Positions 37,439 through 49,863 of a DNA stretch of 64,000 nucleotides are shown piece by piece. Under the pieces are notes generated by a model. That model was not told the DNA's origin and searched no databases. It saw only the letters and a list, made by a program, of their open reading frames with translations. Position 1 is the first letter of the stretch; the number at the start of each line of letters is the position of its first letter. The DNA is from Amphiscolops sp. MND2022 (lineage: Eukaryota), in assembly GCA_964187785.1 (NCBI GenBank), contig OZ076409.1:98520001-98584000 (forward strand). Direction: 5' to 3'. Position numbers and translations under genes: made by a program.

Positions 37439-38968
37439 ATGGCGCTGCGAGCCGAACTTTCTACGGGAACCCAGGCAATAGCAGGACCTCCAACTTATTG
37501 GCAAGATGCCTCCAAAAACCCTACACTTGAATGGGAAAAATGGCGAGATCTATTCGAAGTGGCATTAATGGCCAAAAACAACATATCAATCGCAGAATTG
37601 ATCAAAACGGGAAATAAAGAAAAAAGTTTAATGGGAGATCTCGACGAAATACCAGCTACCAAGAAGGCTATCAGTATACTTTACCTTGCACTGGGATCAG
37701 CAGGACGCAAATCAATCGCTGACAAGTTTCCCACCACCAACATAGCAACCATATCACTCCCCGATCTGCTAAAGAACTGCAAAGACTGCTTCGAGAAGCC
37801 GAAAAATGAAACTCTTGATCGTTTCAAATTTCTATCCCGAAAACAAAAAGAAGGCGAATCATTGAAGAACTTCTGGAACGAACTAAATGGATTAGCCGCA
37901 AAGTGCAACTTTGGCGCAATAACAGATAGTTTAGTGAAAGATGTTTTCACTGTGAACATGATATATCAAGAAGTTCAACAAAAACTGTGCACAGAACCAA
38001 AACCAACAGCGGCTGAAACAATTCAATTTGCAGTTGCGTATGAGGAAGGCACATTGAGACAACAATCATTTGGCACATTAGATAAGCCAAACCTAAAAAC
38101 CGAAGTAACTGACGTGAATAATATTAACCAAACCAATAAACGATGGGGACCAACCAAAAAGTGCTTCAGATGTGAAGGAGTATTTACACCACAACATTTA
38201 AAAGAGTGTAAAGCTTTGGGCGTCACTTGCATGAAATGCGGGAAGAAAGGACATTTTGCCCGATGTTGCCAAACTAGAGGAGCCGGAACAATTGCGAAAA
38301 ATCGCAAAGTAGCAAAACCTCCTCAAAATATTCAACGTATTGATGAGTGGAGTGAAAGCAGCGAAGATTCAATAGTGGATGACGGGAAGGTAGTACTCAC
38401 AATCGAGGGCGATAACAAAGGACAATTCACCATGAAAGGAAAAATAAACGGAAATCCATTCCAAACAACGGTAGACTCTGGATCACCCGTGACAATATTT
38501 GCTATTGACGAAATAAAACAAATAATGAAGCGCAAAACATTATTCATCAGAGAACTACCAGCAGACGAGGAATACGTGGACTTCAACAAACGGAAGCTAC
38601 AACTATTGGGCTACATATTCTGTCATCTAGAAGTGGGTGATAGCAAACTAAACAAAGCCCGAATATTGATTGCAGACAAAGGCGCGAAGTCACTAATTGG
38701 ACGTGATTGGTTGAATGCATTCAACTACAAATTCGTATCTCCAACAAAAGACGAAGGTAACAAAGCTATTTACACAATTAAACAAATTATTAAACAACCA
38801 AATAAAACAACGCAACCAAGTGAACAGACTAAACCAAAAACTTGGAACGATAATGATAACAATAACGAAAAGATTAAACTACAAAACCAATTTTCTTCCC
38901 TGTTCACGAGACAAGGACAAATTCGTGATCATACTGTAAAAATTGAATTCAAACCAAAGCTAAAATAA
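37439..38968 (+). CDS. gag: Gag-protease of element B
   Basis: 509-aa ORF; RKQKEGES..F motif, Zn knuckles CFRC..H..EC and CMKCGKKGHFARCC, protease VDSGS and LIGRDWL. Confidence 0.88.
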   Translation: MALRAELSTGTQAIAGPPTYWQDASKNPTLEWEKWRDLFEVALMAKNNISIAELIKTGNKEKSLMGDLDEIPATKKAISILYLALGSAGRKSIADKFPTTNIATISLPDLLKNCKDCFEKPKNETLDRFKFLSRKQKEGESLKNFWNELNGLAAKCNFGAITDSLVKDVFTVNMIYQEVQQKLCTEPKPTAAETIQFAVAYEEGTLRQQSFGTLDKPNLKTEVTDVNNINQTNKRWGPTKKCFRCEGVFTPQHLKECKALGVTCMKCGKKGHFARCCQTRGAGTIAKNRKVAKPPQNIQRIDEWSESSEDSIVDDGKVVLTIEGDNKGQFTMKGKINGNPFQTTVDSGSPVTIFAIDEIKQIMKRKTLFIRELPADEEYVDFNKRKLQLLGYIFCHLEVGDSKLNKARILIADKGAKSLIGRDWLNAFNYKFVSPTKDEGNKAIYTIKQIIKQPNKTTQPSEQTKPKTWNDNDNNNEKIKLQNQFSSLFTRQGQIRDHTVKIEFKPKLK

Positions 38969-41900
38969 CGCAACAGAAAGGTAGACGAGTACCTATCCAA
39001 TTACAAGACGCGGTCCAAGAAGAAATTGAAAGACTATTAAATGAAGGACATATTGAACGAGTAACAGATATAACAGATAAACAATTTATCCAACCGGTCG
39101 TAATAACAGTAAAGCGAGATAAAAGCGTGAAAGTCGGACGAGACGCACGCGCGCTAAACAATGAATTAATTAAAGACAAATATCAAATGCCGAATTTAGA
39201 ACATCTCGTAGACATGGTAGCAGAACAGCTAGATAATAACCAAAGAGGACACGCGTGGTACACTTCGTTAGATATGCGATATGCCTACGGTCAAATACCA
39301 TTAGATGAGGAAACGGCACGCCACTGCAATTTCCAAATAATAGGCGGCAAAGCAACGGGAACATATCGCTTCATCACTGGATTCTATGGACTCACAGTGA
39401 TGCCTACCGAGTTCCAGAAAGTTATGGATAAAAAATTATCCAACAGTGCAAATACGTATGTCTTTTTGGACGACATACTAATAGTAACAAAAAGAAGCCA
39501 AACAGACCATTACGAAAGGGTAAACCACGTACTAGAAAAACTAGATAAAGCGAACATACGGCTAAAATGGGAGAAATGCAAATTCGCACAAAGCAAAATA
39601 GAATGGTTAGGGTACCACCTAACACAAACAGGAATAAATCCAATCAACACAAAAATTCAAGCGATAACTGACAAGCTTAAACCGAAAAATTTAAAGGAAC
39701 TAAGGTTGTATTTGGGCGCAGTGAACCAACTAAACAGGTTCATACCCAATTTGGCATAACTATGCTTTAAATTACGCCCATTGTTGAAACAAGACAAAGT
39801 ATGGTGTTGGACCGAAAGTCATGACAAAGCTTTCGAAGAAATGAATAAACAAGTCAAGAAACTCACAGAAGTAGGTCACTTCAAGAAAAGCGGAAAAATA
39901 AGAATTATTTGCGACTCCAGTAAAGCAGGTTTAGGTGCTGTACTACAACAGCAAGAAGAAATTGGTTGGAGACCAATCCACTTCGCTTCACGTTTCCTCA
40001 CACCATTAGAAGAAAAATACTCAATTAATGAACTTGAGTTATTGGCGGTTGTCTGGGCAGTCGAGCATTTCAAAAACTATCTATACGGGATAAAATTCCA
40101 AGTCGTATCTGACCACAAAGCACTAGCCACCGTTTTAAAAAGTAACAAAGGTAATAAAACATACTCAAGCCGACTCACAAGATGGGTTGATCGTCTACTT
40201 CCTTTCGATTTTGAAATCTTCCATGCTTCAGGCAGAACGATCGGAATTGCAGATTACTTGTCAAGACACCCATCTCCAATAGAAGGTACAAGCGTGAAAG
40301 CAGAAGAATTGTGGAACAACTGGTTCACAGTGAATCATGTAAATAATGTAAATAGCATTTTAGCTGAAGAATTCAACGGACCAATCAGAGGCCGCCATTG
40401 GATCAAGTTGAGACGTGACGATGAACGCAGTAAAAGTGAAAGCATTCGCGATTCATTCAAAGCACGCAATACATTGCAATTCAACAACGGCAACAAAATG
40501 GGACAAACAAACTCAATCAATACGATTGCAGGTAATTCAATTTCCCAAAAATTTGAATCAAAATTACCAATTGCCAATAAAATCGGTGAAAACTTACTAA
40601 TCGCCAATTGCAAGGATGATGAAAATTTACAAAAAATCATCAATCTAGTCAAGAATCCCACAAAAGCCAAAATAAAAGCACTCGACAGCCCATGGCGTGA
40701 ACGTTTTACTTTCCTTTCACTAGATGAAAACGATCTCTTATACTTAGATGACCGTCTCATAATCCCAAAAGTATTACAAACCCCGATCAAAAATTCATTA
40801 CATTGGGGACACCCTGGCCGCGACCAAATGTTACGCCAAATTTCGGATATATGGTGGCCACGTATCCACCGAGATATCACACTTCTTACAAAATCGTGCT
40901 TGGAATGTCAAAATGCGGGTAAGTCGATTAAACCTCTTTTAAAACAAAAACAATTCGGTAAACTCCCAACTCCAATTACAATAAATGAAGAAATAGCAAT
41001 CGACTTCGCGGGACCGTTCAAAATCGCGCGTAGCTCAAAAAAATATCTCATAGTCTCGGTAGATAGTAAATCAGGTTGGCCTGACGCAAAATTTCTCCGC
41101 GCCCCAACCACCTCCAAAGTAATAGAATTTTTAACTAACTATATAGCAAATAATGGAATACCACGACGAATTCGTACAGACCCGGGAACAGCATTTAAGA
41201 GCGAAAAATTCCAAAACTTTTGTCGTAAATATTTCATTGAACGCATTATCTGTCCAATCTACGATCACAGGGTCAATGGCAAAGTAGAAAGATTAATCCG
41301 CACTATAAACGAACGATTAAGGGCAAATAAAACAATAGTACTGGATAAAGAAAACACCGGATTATCTGAACTACTATACGCACTGCGAACTGCCCCCAAA
41401 GAAAATAAATTGTCACCAGCGGAACTACAAACAAATCGAAAATTTACTACTGTCAAAGATATAATAACTACTAAACCACAACCAAACTACAATGTTTCAG
41501 ACAAAGACAGCAACTTCGAACTGGAGATGAGTGATTTTCCGGCATACCAGGACTCAGAAATTCTGGTGAGAGAACGTGCCAGAGGTTCAAAACTGGAGGC
41601 AACATACAAGAAGAAGAAAGGCCGAATCATCAACGAAACACCACACACGCTCAAAATAAAAGAAAGAGGCAAATCACTGCCAACACTATTGAGTAAGCGT
41701 GAAGTGGCTACTTCACACAAATTGGCCAATCTATACCAAACAGCACAAACCAACAACCAATCACAAGACGCCAACATTGATGAACCAAATAAAACTGCGC
41801 GACCAAAGAAAAGCAACTCCCCAACTTCACCAAAGAAGAAGCAAAGTAAGAAAATTCCAACGGAATTCAAAACACTCGCTAACTGGCAAGATATTTTCTT

Positions 41901-42192
41901 TGAATCGGAAGATGAAGAGGAGACAATACAAAAACGTAAAACTACTCCAAATGCCAGAAAAGCCACGGTAAACTGGGGGACTACAAAAAAACCCACAGAA
42001 ACAAATGAAGAACAAAACACCGACACGGACAATGAACCGAGTACATCAACGGGAGAAAGAAGATCCCAAAGAAGTAGAAGAGCACCACAATATTACGGAG
42101 ACACCGTAATGATCTGCGATGTAGAAAAATCCACAACAATGGACAAACCCGAAATCATTAACATCTCGTCAAGCGAAGATAGTCTACGATAA
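38960..42192 (+). pseudogene. pol: pol (RT-RNase H-integrase) of element B; frameshift near 38960 and in-frame TAA at 39757-39759
   Basis: RT LDMRYAYGQ, VFLDD; RNase H CDSS...ELELLAVVWA; integrase HWGH..CLEC, AIDFAG, RTDPG, KVERLIRT. Confidence 0.88.
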
Positions 42193-42789
42193 AACTACAA
42201 ACAACACCTAACGAACTACAACCCTAAATTTTTGTGTTAATATATACCCAAACAGAGATGGCCAAGAAAGCAAAGAAGGAGGAGTGTGACAGGGTTGACA
42301 AAAAAGACTAAAAGAAACTTTAATTGAAACATATATACAACTGTCAATCATAGTATGTTCAATTATCCAAACTGTTGTTGTCTATTTATATATTTATCAA
42401 CATTGTCAATAGTACCAGCAGAATCGTAGACCACCAAAAGAAACGGTGAACCATTTCACCACATGGTCTAGTTAATGAATAGATTCTTGCTCTGCTCTCC
42501 TCTTTGTAATCCAAAAAGAAATACAAGTTACTGAGTATAAAGAAACCCTATAACACGCGAACTAAAAAAAGGTGGAATCTAAAAATAAGACGCAAACTCT
42601 CTGTCGTGGGTTTGCCAGAAAAGTAGAAACATAATTAAATGAAGAGAGAGAGACTTTATTTCCCAATTCCGCGAAGTGGGCGCCTAGTAAGCAGTTCTGC
42701 TTTTCTGAGTCGGCGCCCTTTCGGATACTTTCTCCCAATAGCCAGCCATGTAAGTGCCATTATTGCAGCCAAGTGGTCAAGCAATGGTG

Positions 42790-43025
42790 GGCTTGAAGCT
42801 GTGGGTTCAAAGTGACTTGCTTAAGGTTACAAAGGTCTGACTGCTCACAGTTGCTCTTTTTGTGTTTTGCTTTTCTCAACCGAGTGCATTATTTTTTGTC
42901 ATTGACCATACCACTAAACTAGGGATGAAGGACTCTCTTAAGGACCAACAATGGTGAGTTGAGAGAGATTCGAACCTGTTACCGCCCAGTACAGGCCGAA
43001 TGTTCTAACCACTGCACCATGTTCC
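42790..43025 (-). mobile_element. tRNA-derived SINE remnant
   Basis: Minus strand: TGGTGCAGTGG (A box) ... GGTTCGAATC (B box), then CORE-like CCTTAAGCAAGTCACTT. Confidence 0.45.
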
Positions 43026-44115
43026 CCTCAACTAAGAGTGCACCGTTTAACACATTCATCCCCGTTTGTTCCCCCTTCATCAAATGCCATGTTCAACTAT
43101 GGCATGTCCATTAAATTTGCGGCAGCATTGGAGCCAAGATGCTTGTTCACTGACACTTTGGTAGTTTGTCTCTATGGTATTTTGGTATTTGTTCAGTACT
43201 TCATGCCCAAAAAAGATTATGTCGTGTGTTTTTCCATCGAGAGATTTTTTCCAAACAAAGTGATTTTCCTTACCATTAAATTATCAGCTTCATTTATTTC
43301 TGTAGATTGGTTGACCATTAAACTCAACTAAAAACAACAGCCGAGGTTGACAAGAGTTTACTTGGGTAAACAGCTGTGATACACTTCTTAAGGTCTATGC
43401 CTTAGTTTAGACTGCAGGAACTTTTTATATGGTGCAGGCCTGCAGTGCAGTGTAGTTTTTATTATAAAACCTAGAAAACCTTCTTTACCGACACGATCAC
43501 TTTGTATTCACACTTTGTTTTCTCAAATACTCTTCTGATATGATCACCGCTTCTCAAATAACACGCTAAACATGACTGCAGTTAATAACGCGACTGAAGA
43601 TACTTTGCTTTAAAATAGCGGTAAAAGTGATAGTGACATATTTGCTTTTAAAATTATAGCTTCTGCTTAACGAAAGTTGCAAAACGTAAAATTGCTGCCA
43701 AAACTTTGATGAATCTTTCAAGCAGCTTGATAAAAGTTAAATGCAACAGGGAAGTATTTTTGCATGAAAGTATCCGTAAGAATTTTAGAAAATTATGATA
43801 AAAGTTGCTGACAACATTAAAGTACATGAAAAAGTTAAAGCAGTTTCAACAAGGGTATCTATGATGAAACCAGATAAGTGCAGGTCTCGTTGTGTCGAGG
43901 ATCTAGAGTTGCTCAAATTCTCGCCTTTCTGGAAGCCGAACAACAACAACTTGAGCTTTAGAATTTGTGTTCTCGATCTGATTTGTCGATGCTTGAGCTC
44001 CTAAACGTGGGTCTGTTTCTTGTACTGTAGGAATTACCAGAGGTGTATCTTGTATCTCTTGATCTTGTTTTCGCACCCAATGATATGTTTTCGACTTTCG
44101 CATTGGTCTTTCAAT

Positions 44116-44604
44116 TTTAGTCGGCGCTTTTAATGATAAAAGAGCCCGACTATTACAGTCACTTGTTTTTTTTTCTTTTTTTTAAGACAGACTCGGGGCG
44201 ATGAAATTTTTGTTCAATTTGTTCAACTAAACGAATACCTGGGAAACGAATCTAAGTTATCACAAAGGGTCCCCCTTTCAGGTTTTACTTTTTAAACGTA
44301 TAATACAAAACCGGATGAGACTAAAGGGTCCCCTTTCAAATTTTTTCGGCGCTGTGAGACTTTTTCGAATTTTTTTTGTCGCCAAAGGGTCTCCTTCGAT
44401 TTTATTGAAGTCCACCCACGTAATATTCGGAGTAAAGCGCTATATACGAACTTTTGACGTTATATCCGAACTATATTGCGTTTTGTTAAGGAGGAGGCGG
44501 AGGTTCGAAAACAGAATTTTTTAAATGAAAACGTCATACGCATATTTCAAGTCTGCGCTTTTTGAGCCTTGGATATTGCGCCGACTTCAGACGTTCCCGT
44601 TTTG
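44116..44604 (+). mobile_element. HINE-like repeat family 1 (variant)
   Basis: TTTTAGTCGGCGC ... TTTTGAGCCTTGGATATTGCGCCGACTTCAGACGTTCCCGTTTTGT. Confidence 0.65.
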
Positions 44605-44926
44605 TTCTCTTCTGCAGAAGCCCGAAACCACTTACCTGTGATGGTTCTGCAAACTGAATTGCAAAGCTACTATTATGCTTTCAACATCCGTTCGAAATTT
44701 TTTCAAAAAAATCTCATTACTGCAAGTTTCGTCTTCATCCTCTGGTACCCCCACGTTTCCTTCTCCGTTGAAGCTGTGTCAGTTCTTTTAGTTGCTTTTC
44801 TCTTCGTCCTCATATTCCAGTTGGTGAAAATTAACCGAGACCTGGAGAATTGTGAAGAAGTTGAGAGTTTAAAGTTTAAAATAATAAGTTATAACTCAAA
44901 ACATCAACATGTGAAAAAATTCTGTG

Positions 44927-45036
44927 GGCTCTTTTCTGTTCCCACCACCAAAATTTTTCAAAATAACTTTCCTTAAAAACTTTAGACTAGCCTAATTAAA
45001 AGTAGAACCTTCTTAAAAAGAGAACAGAAAAGAGCC
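44927..45036. mobile_element. 110-bp mini-MITE, GGCTCTTTTCTGT-TIR family
   Basis: TIRs plus perfect 8-bp TSD ATTCTGTG (44919-44926, 45037-45044). Confidence 0.85.
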
Positions 45037-46186
45037 ATTCTGTGGTCTAGAAATTACGTTTTGTTCCAAAATGAAAAACATATCTGGTTGATTCTCAGAA
45101 ACAGTTGAAAACACGTAGATGTCAGTCAAGGTAGAAACAGTTTGACGACAGAGTATAGGGAGTTTTCTTAGCGTGATGTAATTTCAAAAATGAGCAAGAC
45201 GTTAGCAAATTTTGTAAATCGGAGGATAACGTACCTTTTAGGTCTCAAGTATCTCAGAATGATAATATCTACGATATAACTCCATTAGACGACCACTCAA
45301 CTAGCCGATTGATCATTTGAACACTATCGGCTGTTTCTAAAATATCACGTTGAACCACTTTCGCTGGCATACTCCGATTACGTAATAATTACTGGCGGTG
45401 AGCGGAACTGGAATAGAAGTCCATGCAAAGTCGATCAACTGCTCAGCGGTTGTCCAATTGTACGGTCAAACCCACGTTTCTTTGAGAATTTTCTAAAATC
45501 ATGGAAAATTAGCTTGGTTACCTACAAAAACATGTAAAAAGTTCAAGCAGTTCCAACCAGGGCATGATATCGGTAGCCTGGATTTTGGCCGAACAGGATA
45601 AAAGCTGTTTTAGATTTTCAGTGATTCTACATGCATCAACTTTGATTTTGCTGACAACTTCTAATTGTTACATAATAGTTACGAAATGGAAGTTTCGATC
45701 TCAAGTGGTTTGGCAAATTACAACTCAGTTTTCAATCCTATTCTGCGATAATACTACACATGTACAGTAGTGATTCTAGAAGAAGCAACATAGCACGCGG
45801 AACGAAAGCAAATAAACAAATCTCATTGGCCGATCAAGGTCTCACGCGCTCATTTCATTGGTCGAGAGTGATTTCCAAAACATCATTTTTTAGTTTTTTT
45901 GGATTTTTGACCCCCTTACAATTTTTTGATTTCAAAATAATTTCGACAAAAAATTCTCCCGGAAATTTCGAATCTGACAATATAATTTTTTCTCGAAAGT
46001 TTTCTAAATTGCATTAGTATGATCTTGTTTTAAGTTGATAAACTTCAAAATCATATCTTGATACATGTATTTTCGAAAAAGTCTAATTCTACAACGTATT
46101 TTTTCTACCATTTTAGGATGATTTCTAAATCAAAACATATCAAGGGCTTCAGTTAAATCAAGGGAGTCGATTGCATATAAAATTTC

Positions 46187-46498
46187 GGATCTCTTTCACT
46201 ATGCCCCCCTTATATCACTCGTTACGCTATGTCCCCCCTAGAGAGAAAGAATGTTTGTGGCTCATTTATATTTATCTCCTATTGGCTAATCTCACATGCT
46301 ATTCTGTCAATCAATTGATCTCGTCATAACTAACGACAATTTTTATTGGTTTTTTTTTATCAAAATCCCCACTCAGCCAATCAGAAGCGTTGTTAAATAA
46401 AAGCAGATCTGCGCTATTAGAATGTGCAATACATGTATTTAATAGCGTTTCACTATGCCCCCCTTTTTGCTGTAGGGGGGATATAGTGAAAGAGATCC
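46187..46498. mobile_element. MITE, GGATCTCTTTCACT-TIR family
   Basis: TIR ggatctctttcactat/atagtgaaagagatcc; perfect 8-bp TSD AAAATTTC. Confidence 0.88.
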
Positions 46499-46751
46499 AA
46501 AATTTCTATAAAATTTCAAGCAAAAGTTGACTAAAAGTGAGAAAAACCTCAATTCTGACCTAAATTTGGTTAAAAATGGCCTATCGTAACTTCTACAATT
46601 TTCATCGCATAACCTCCAAATAAACATATTTGTAAACTAGATGAAAATCTAAGAAACTTTCACTTTTATTATTTTTCAAAAATCGCTGCTGTTTTAGAGA
46701 TATTCGATTTTGAGATTTGCCTTTTGTTGCTTTTAGAAATATCACTACTGT

Positions 46752-49235
46752 TGTTGCGACATATCATCGGGTCGTTTTGAGTAGAACTTATTCTCACTGA
46801 TTTTGTGGGAGTGTAAAAACTTCTAGTTTCCTCCTCTACTTCTTCAGTATTTTCTCTAGTAACCCCTTTTGTTTCAGGCTTAAGGAGTTTCAACATCTCC
46901 TTCTGAGATTCAATAAGGAGATTCTTAATTTCTGACGTTATTTCTTCCTTCAATGAAGCTCTCAAGCTTTCAAGAAGACTATTCTCAATCCGGGGGGATT
47001 TGGGTCTAGAAGGCCCAGCTACTTCATCATCCTGATTCAAAGGACAAGAATCCCTTACTACTATAGGTGAAATCAAGCCTTCACTTACGTTCTCATCGGT
47101 GCTTTGCTGATCGTTCTTTCTTTTTTGGCTTCTTGTTGTTGACATTTTGTAGAAAAGTTTGATCTCGAAGAATTGAATTTCTTTCGAAGAATTTTCTGAC
47201 AAAGTAGAACAAGTTGAGAGAGTAGAATTGAAAATTCAACTGAATTATGCAATTACAAAAGACTGAGTCCCTTAATCATCAAATTCTATCATATTTATAC
47301 CCTCCCAGCATCATTTGATCACGAACAAAGCCCTAATTTTCTTTGAACAATTAGTCATTTCCTGTATTTTCGATGAAAAAATCATTTTGTTCCCAATTTT
47401 ACGTCGACATTCCGTCAATTTTTGAGACACGATGTTCTTCATTCAGTATTAGTCATCAAGTTTGATCATATCATTTCATCTTGGCGTCCTTTTGCTTCCT
47501 CCCAAGCAGGAAGTAGATATTACTTCAGTCTGTCAAACCGGAAATGATTCCCTGTTTTACTGCTTTGGTTCGCGGGAAATTGACGCTGAGATGACGCTGA
47601 CGTGAACAAAAAATACCTGATTTTGAATTTCGCTTTGACAAAAATGCTATGACTAATTCCAAAATGGGAATATTTGAACGATGCTAGGACGATATTTTAT
47701 GAATTTGGACCCAAGCTTTTGCTGAAAGTGAGAATAAAATTGTGATATAAAAATAATATTTGTTAGCAACATTGTCGAGTCGTGTCAAATGCGACAAGAT
47801 TTATAAAATTAACAGCAACGTTTGTTAAATAGCAACATCAACACAACGTGTATAACTGGGCAGCAACTGGTCGCACTGATATAAGAAAACATGAACACAA
47901 TCACAAATACAGCGCTCAATGTTGTGGAGTACAAAAATGCAAAGTATATGAAAAATACATTTCTGGTACATAATAAGCTTCTAGTTGGGGAGAATAAACT
48001 AATAAACTGTGACTTCCTAATTAATCTACTGTGGGATCTTGTAATAAGATGGTTTATGCACGGAGATTCCCTTATTGTTAAGAGCACACGATAGTTGCTT
48101 AACATGAGGTTAAATTATTCTGCTTGTATCAAAATGCATTCTAAATTAAGACCTTAAACCATGTAAAAATCAGCAATACGTTCATTATACGATTTGCAAC
48201 AGCCTGCAATTTCCCTTCCTTAAAAAATAACGGCACTTATGCGACGAAAACTTGACTAAATTCAGCAAATTCATCCATTTTATTCAATTTCATAAACTTG
48301 TCAACGTCATGTTGACGAGTTTTCTTGGCAGAGTTGAATTTCATAAACTTGTCAACGTCATGTTGACGAGTTTTCTTGGCAGAATAGAGATTTTGACTAG
48401 TTTGACGCAATGCTGACGAGTATTTTAGAAATGAGTCTCTCGCTAGCTACCGGAGCAGTGACGTCACACTGGCGGTAAATTGGAATGATTTCTAGCAATG
48501 CTATCAGTATAGGCGGATAATTGGAATGATTTTCTGGTACGCGTATGCGAGGCAGTGACGTCAATTGGTATGCTTTCAAACTTGTCTGCGTCTTATTGAC
48601 GACAAATATACATGTACTCTCGTTTCTTTTGCCGCATTGTTTACTCAGCGCAGTATTGACGTCCTAAATCGCTTTAATTGCTGTTCAAAAGAGTAATTAA
48701 GCTGTCTTTCTAAGAAAAGGCTTAACTACCACGGTGTGCTGTCTCACTGTAATTTCCCGTTTTAGGTCCAAATGAAATGTAACTTTTCGGGATTAGTTTT
48801 GATGTAATTCCATTTAGATTAGCTTATGGTCTCTTTAATCTTGAGGTAGTTTTATTCTAATTTTCAGGTTGTGAATGTTTCATTTGTCGTGGTTGACTCG
48901 TCCAGACAAACATGCGTGAAATCATTTTTGGATTATTTTGCCTCCTTATTTCATTTCCGCTCAAATTTGCGCGCGGTAAACGTGTATTTTACATTTCCGG
49001 TGTTATTTCATCCAATTTTGCGAGAGCATAAAAATCTAGAACGCGTTCATTAGTTTTATTTGGGATTTTTGCTAGAGAAACTATTATTGCGTTTCGAGTC
49101 ACAGTTTATTTAAATTTAGTTAGAGTTCGAGTTAATAGCCGAAATACCTTTTCGTGAGTCTTGCGGTGCACCCATGTCCGCGCCCAAAACCAACTCTCCT
49201 GCATCCGCAATCCAGTCCGGGAGCGGACTGTGACA
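46752..49235 (-). repeat. 3' LTR of element C
   Basis: Direct repeat of 60637-63112; about 8 substitutions and one 8-bp duplication (AATAAACT, 47993-48008) seen by eye. Confidence 0.95.
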
Positions 49236-49863
49236 GGGCCACTGTCATGGGGCGAACGGCTTTACCGGGTTGATAGAAGTCGAACGCCTGTCGCAGGTGA
49301 TTTTCGCGGGTGTAGTTTTCCTTGGCGACGTCTAGCGCTGATTTTGGCTCCTCCAGATCGTTTAGAGGACTAGTTGTCAGCAGATTTATTCTTCTCAGTG
49401 GGCCAGGGGGCGTGACAAAGTATGAAGAGGCGTCTTCTTGCTGCACCTTCTCCAGATATTCGGCTACTTTGCTACTTGTTACTGATTCGGTTTGTACAGC
49501 TGGGGCTTCTACTATGAATATGTCCGAAGACAAGCTTTCATCGGGGCTTTCCGGGGAGTCAGCAATAACTTCTTCGGTCGACTCAGAGTGGGGGTATTGT
49601 CCCGATTCTACAGTTTCAAAACTAGAGAACGACTCACTCAGTTCCATTTTCTTGCATTCTGTTTCTAGTGAATTTACCGATAAGTCGAGGCATTCCTCTT
49701 CATCTGCGTTCGCCTCTGCTGATGAATTCAGAATTTCGATGACCAACCCCGGATAGGCCCTGCTGTCACTAGGTATTGGGGTAGACGATCTTGGTATTTC
49801 GCCCTCCTCCTCGCTTGATGATGAGATGTCAATCAGTTCGTAGATGTCTAACAAGTTGTTCAT
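49132..49863 (-). CDS. Accessory ORF of element C: 243-aa acidic, Ser-rich, probably disordered protein with SIM-like motifs
   Basis: ATG-initiated intact ORF; LIDISSSSEEE, LVIEI, CLDLS, IFIVE motifs; last ~34 codons lie inside the 3' LTR. Confidence 0.6.
   Translation of the reverse strand: MNNLLDIYELIDISSSSEEEGEIPRSSTPIPSDSRAYPGLVIEILNSSAEANADEEECLDLSVNSLETECKKMELSESFSSFETVESGQYPHSESTEEVIADSPESPDESLSSDIFIVEAPAVQTESVTSSKVAEYLEKVQQEDASSYFVTPPGPLRRINLLTTSPLNDLEEPKSALDVAKENYTRENHLRQAFDFYQPGKAVRPMTVALSQSAPGLDCGCRRVGFGRGHGCTARLTKRYFGY

Larger units (their letters stand above)
37169..42555 (+). mobile_element. Ty3/gypsy LTR retrotransposon B (Mag-like), recent insertion
   Basis: 271-bp TG..CA LTRs 37169-37439 and 42285-42555 (one difference seen); perfect 5-bp TSD CGCGA; PBS TGGCGCTGCGAGC (37440-37452, tRNA-Ser-like); PPT 42264-42284. 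Confidence 0.96.

Noticed and set aside
46669..47202. 177-aa ORF as an independent gene
   Set aside because: It is the LTR-encoded copy of the gag N-terminus running into flanking DNA
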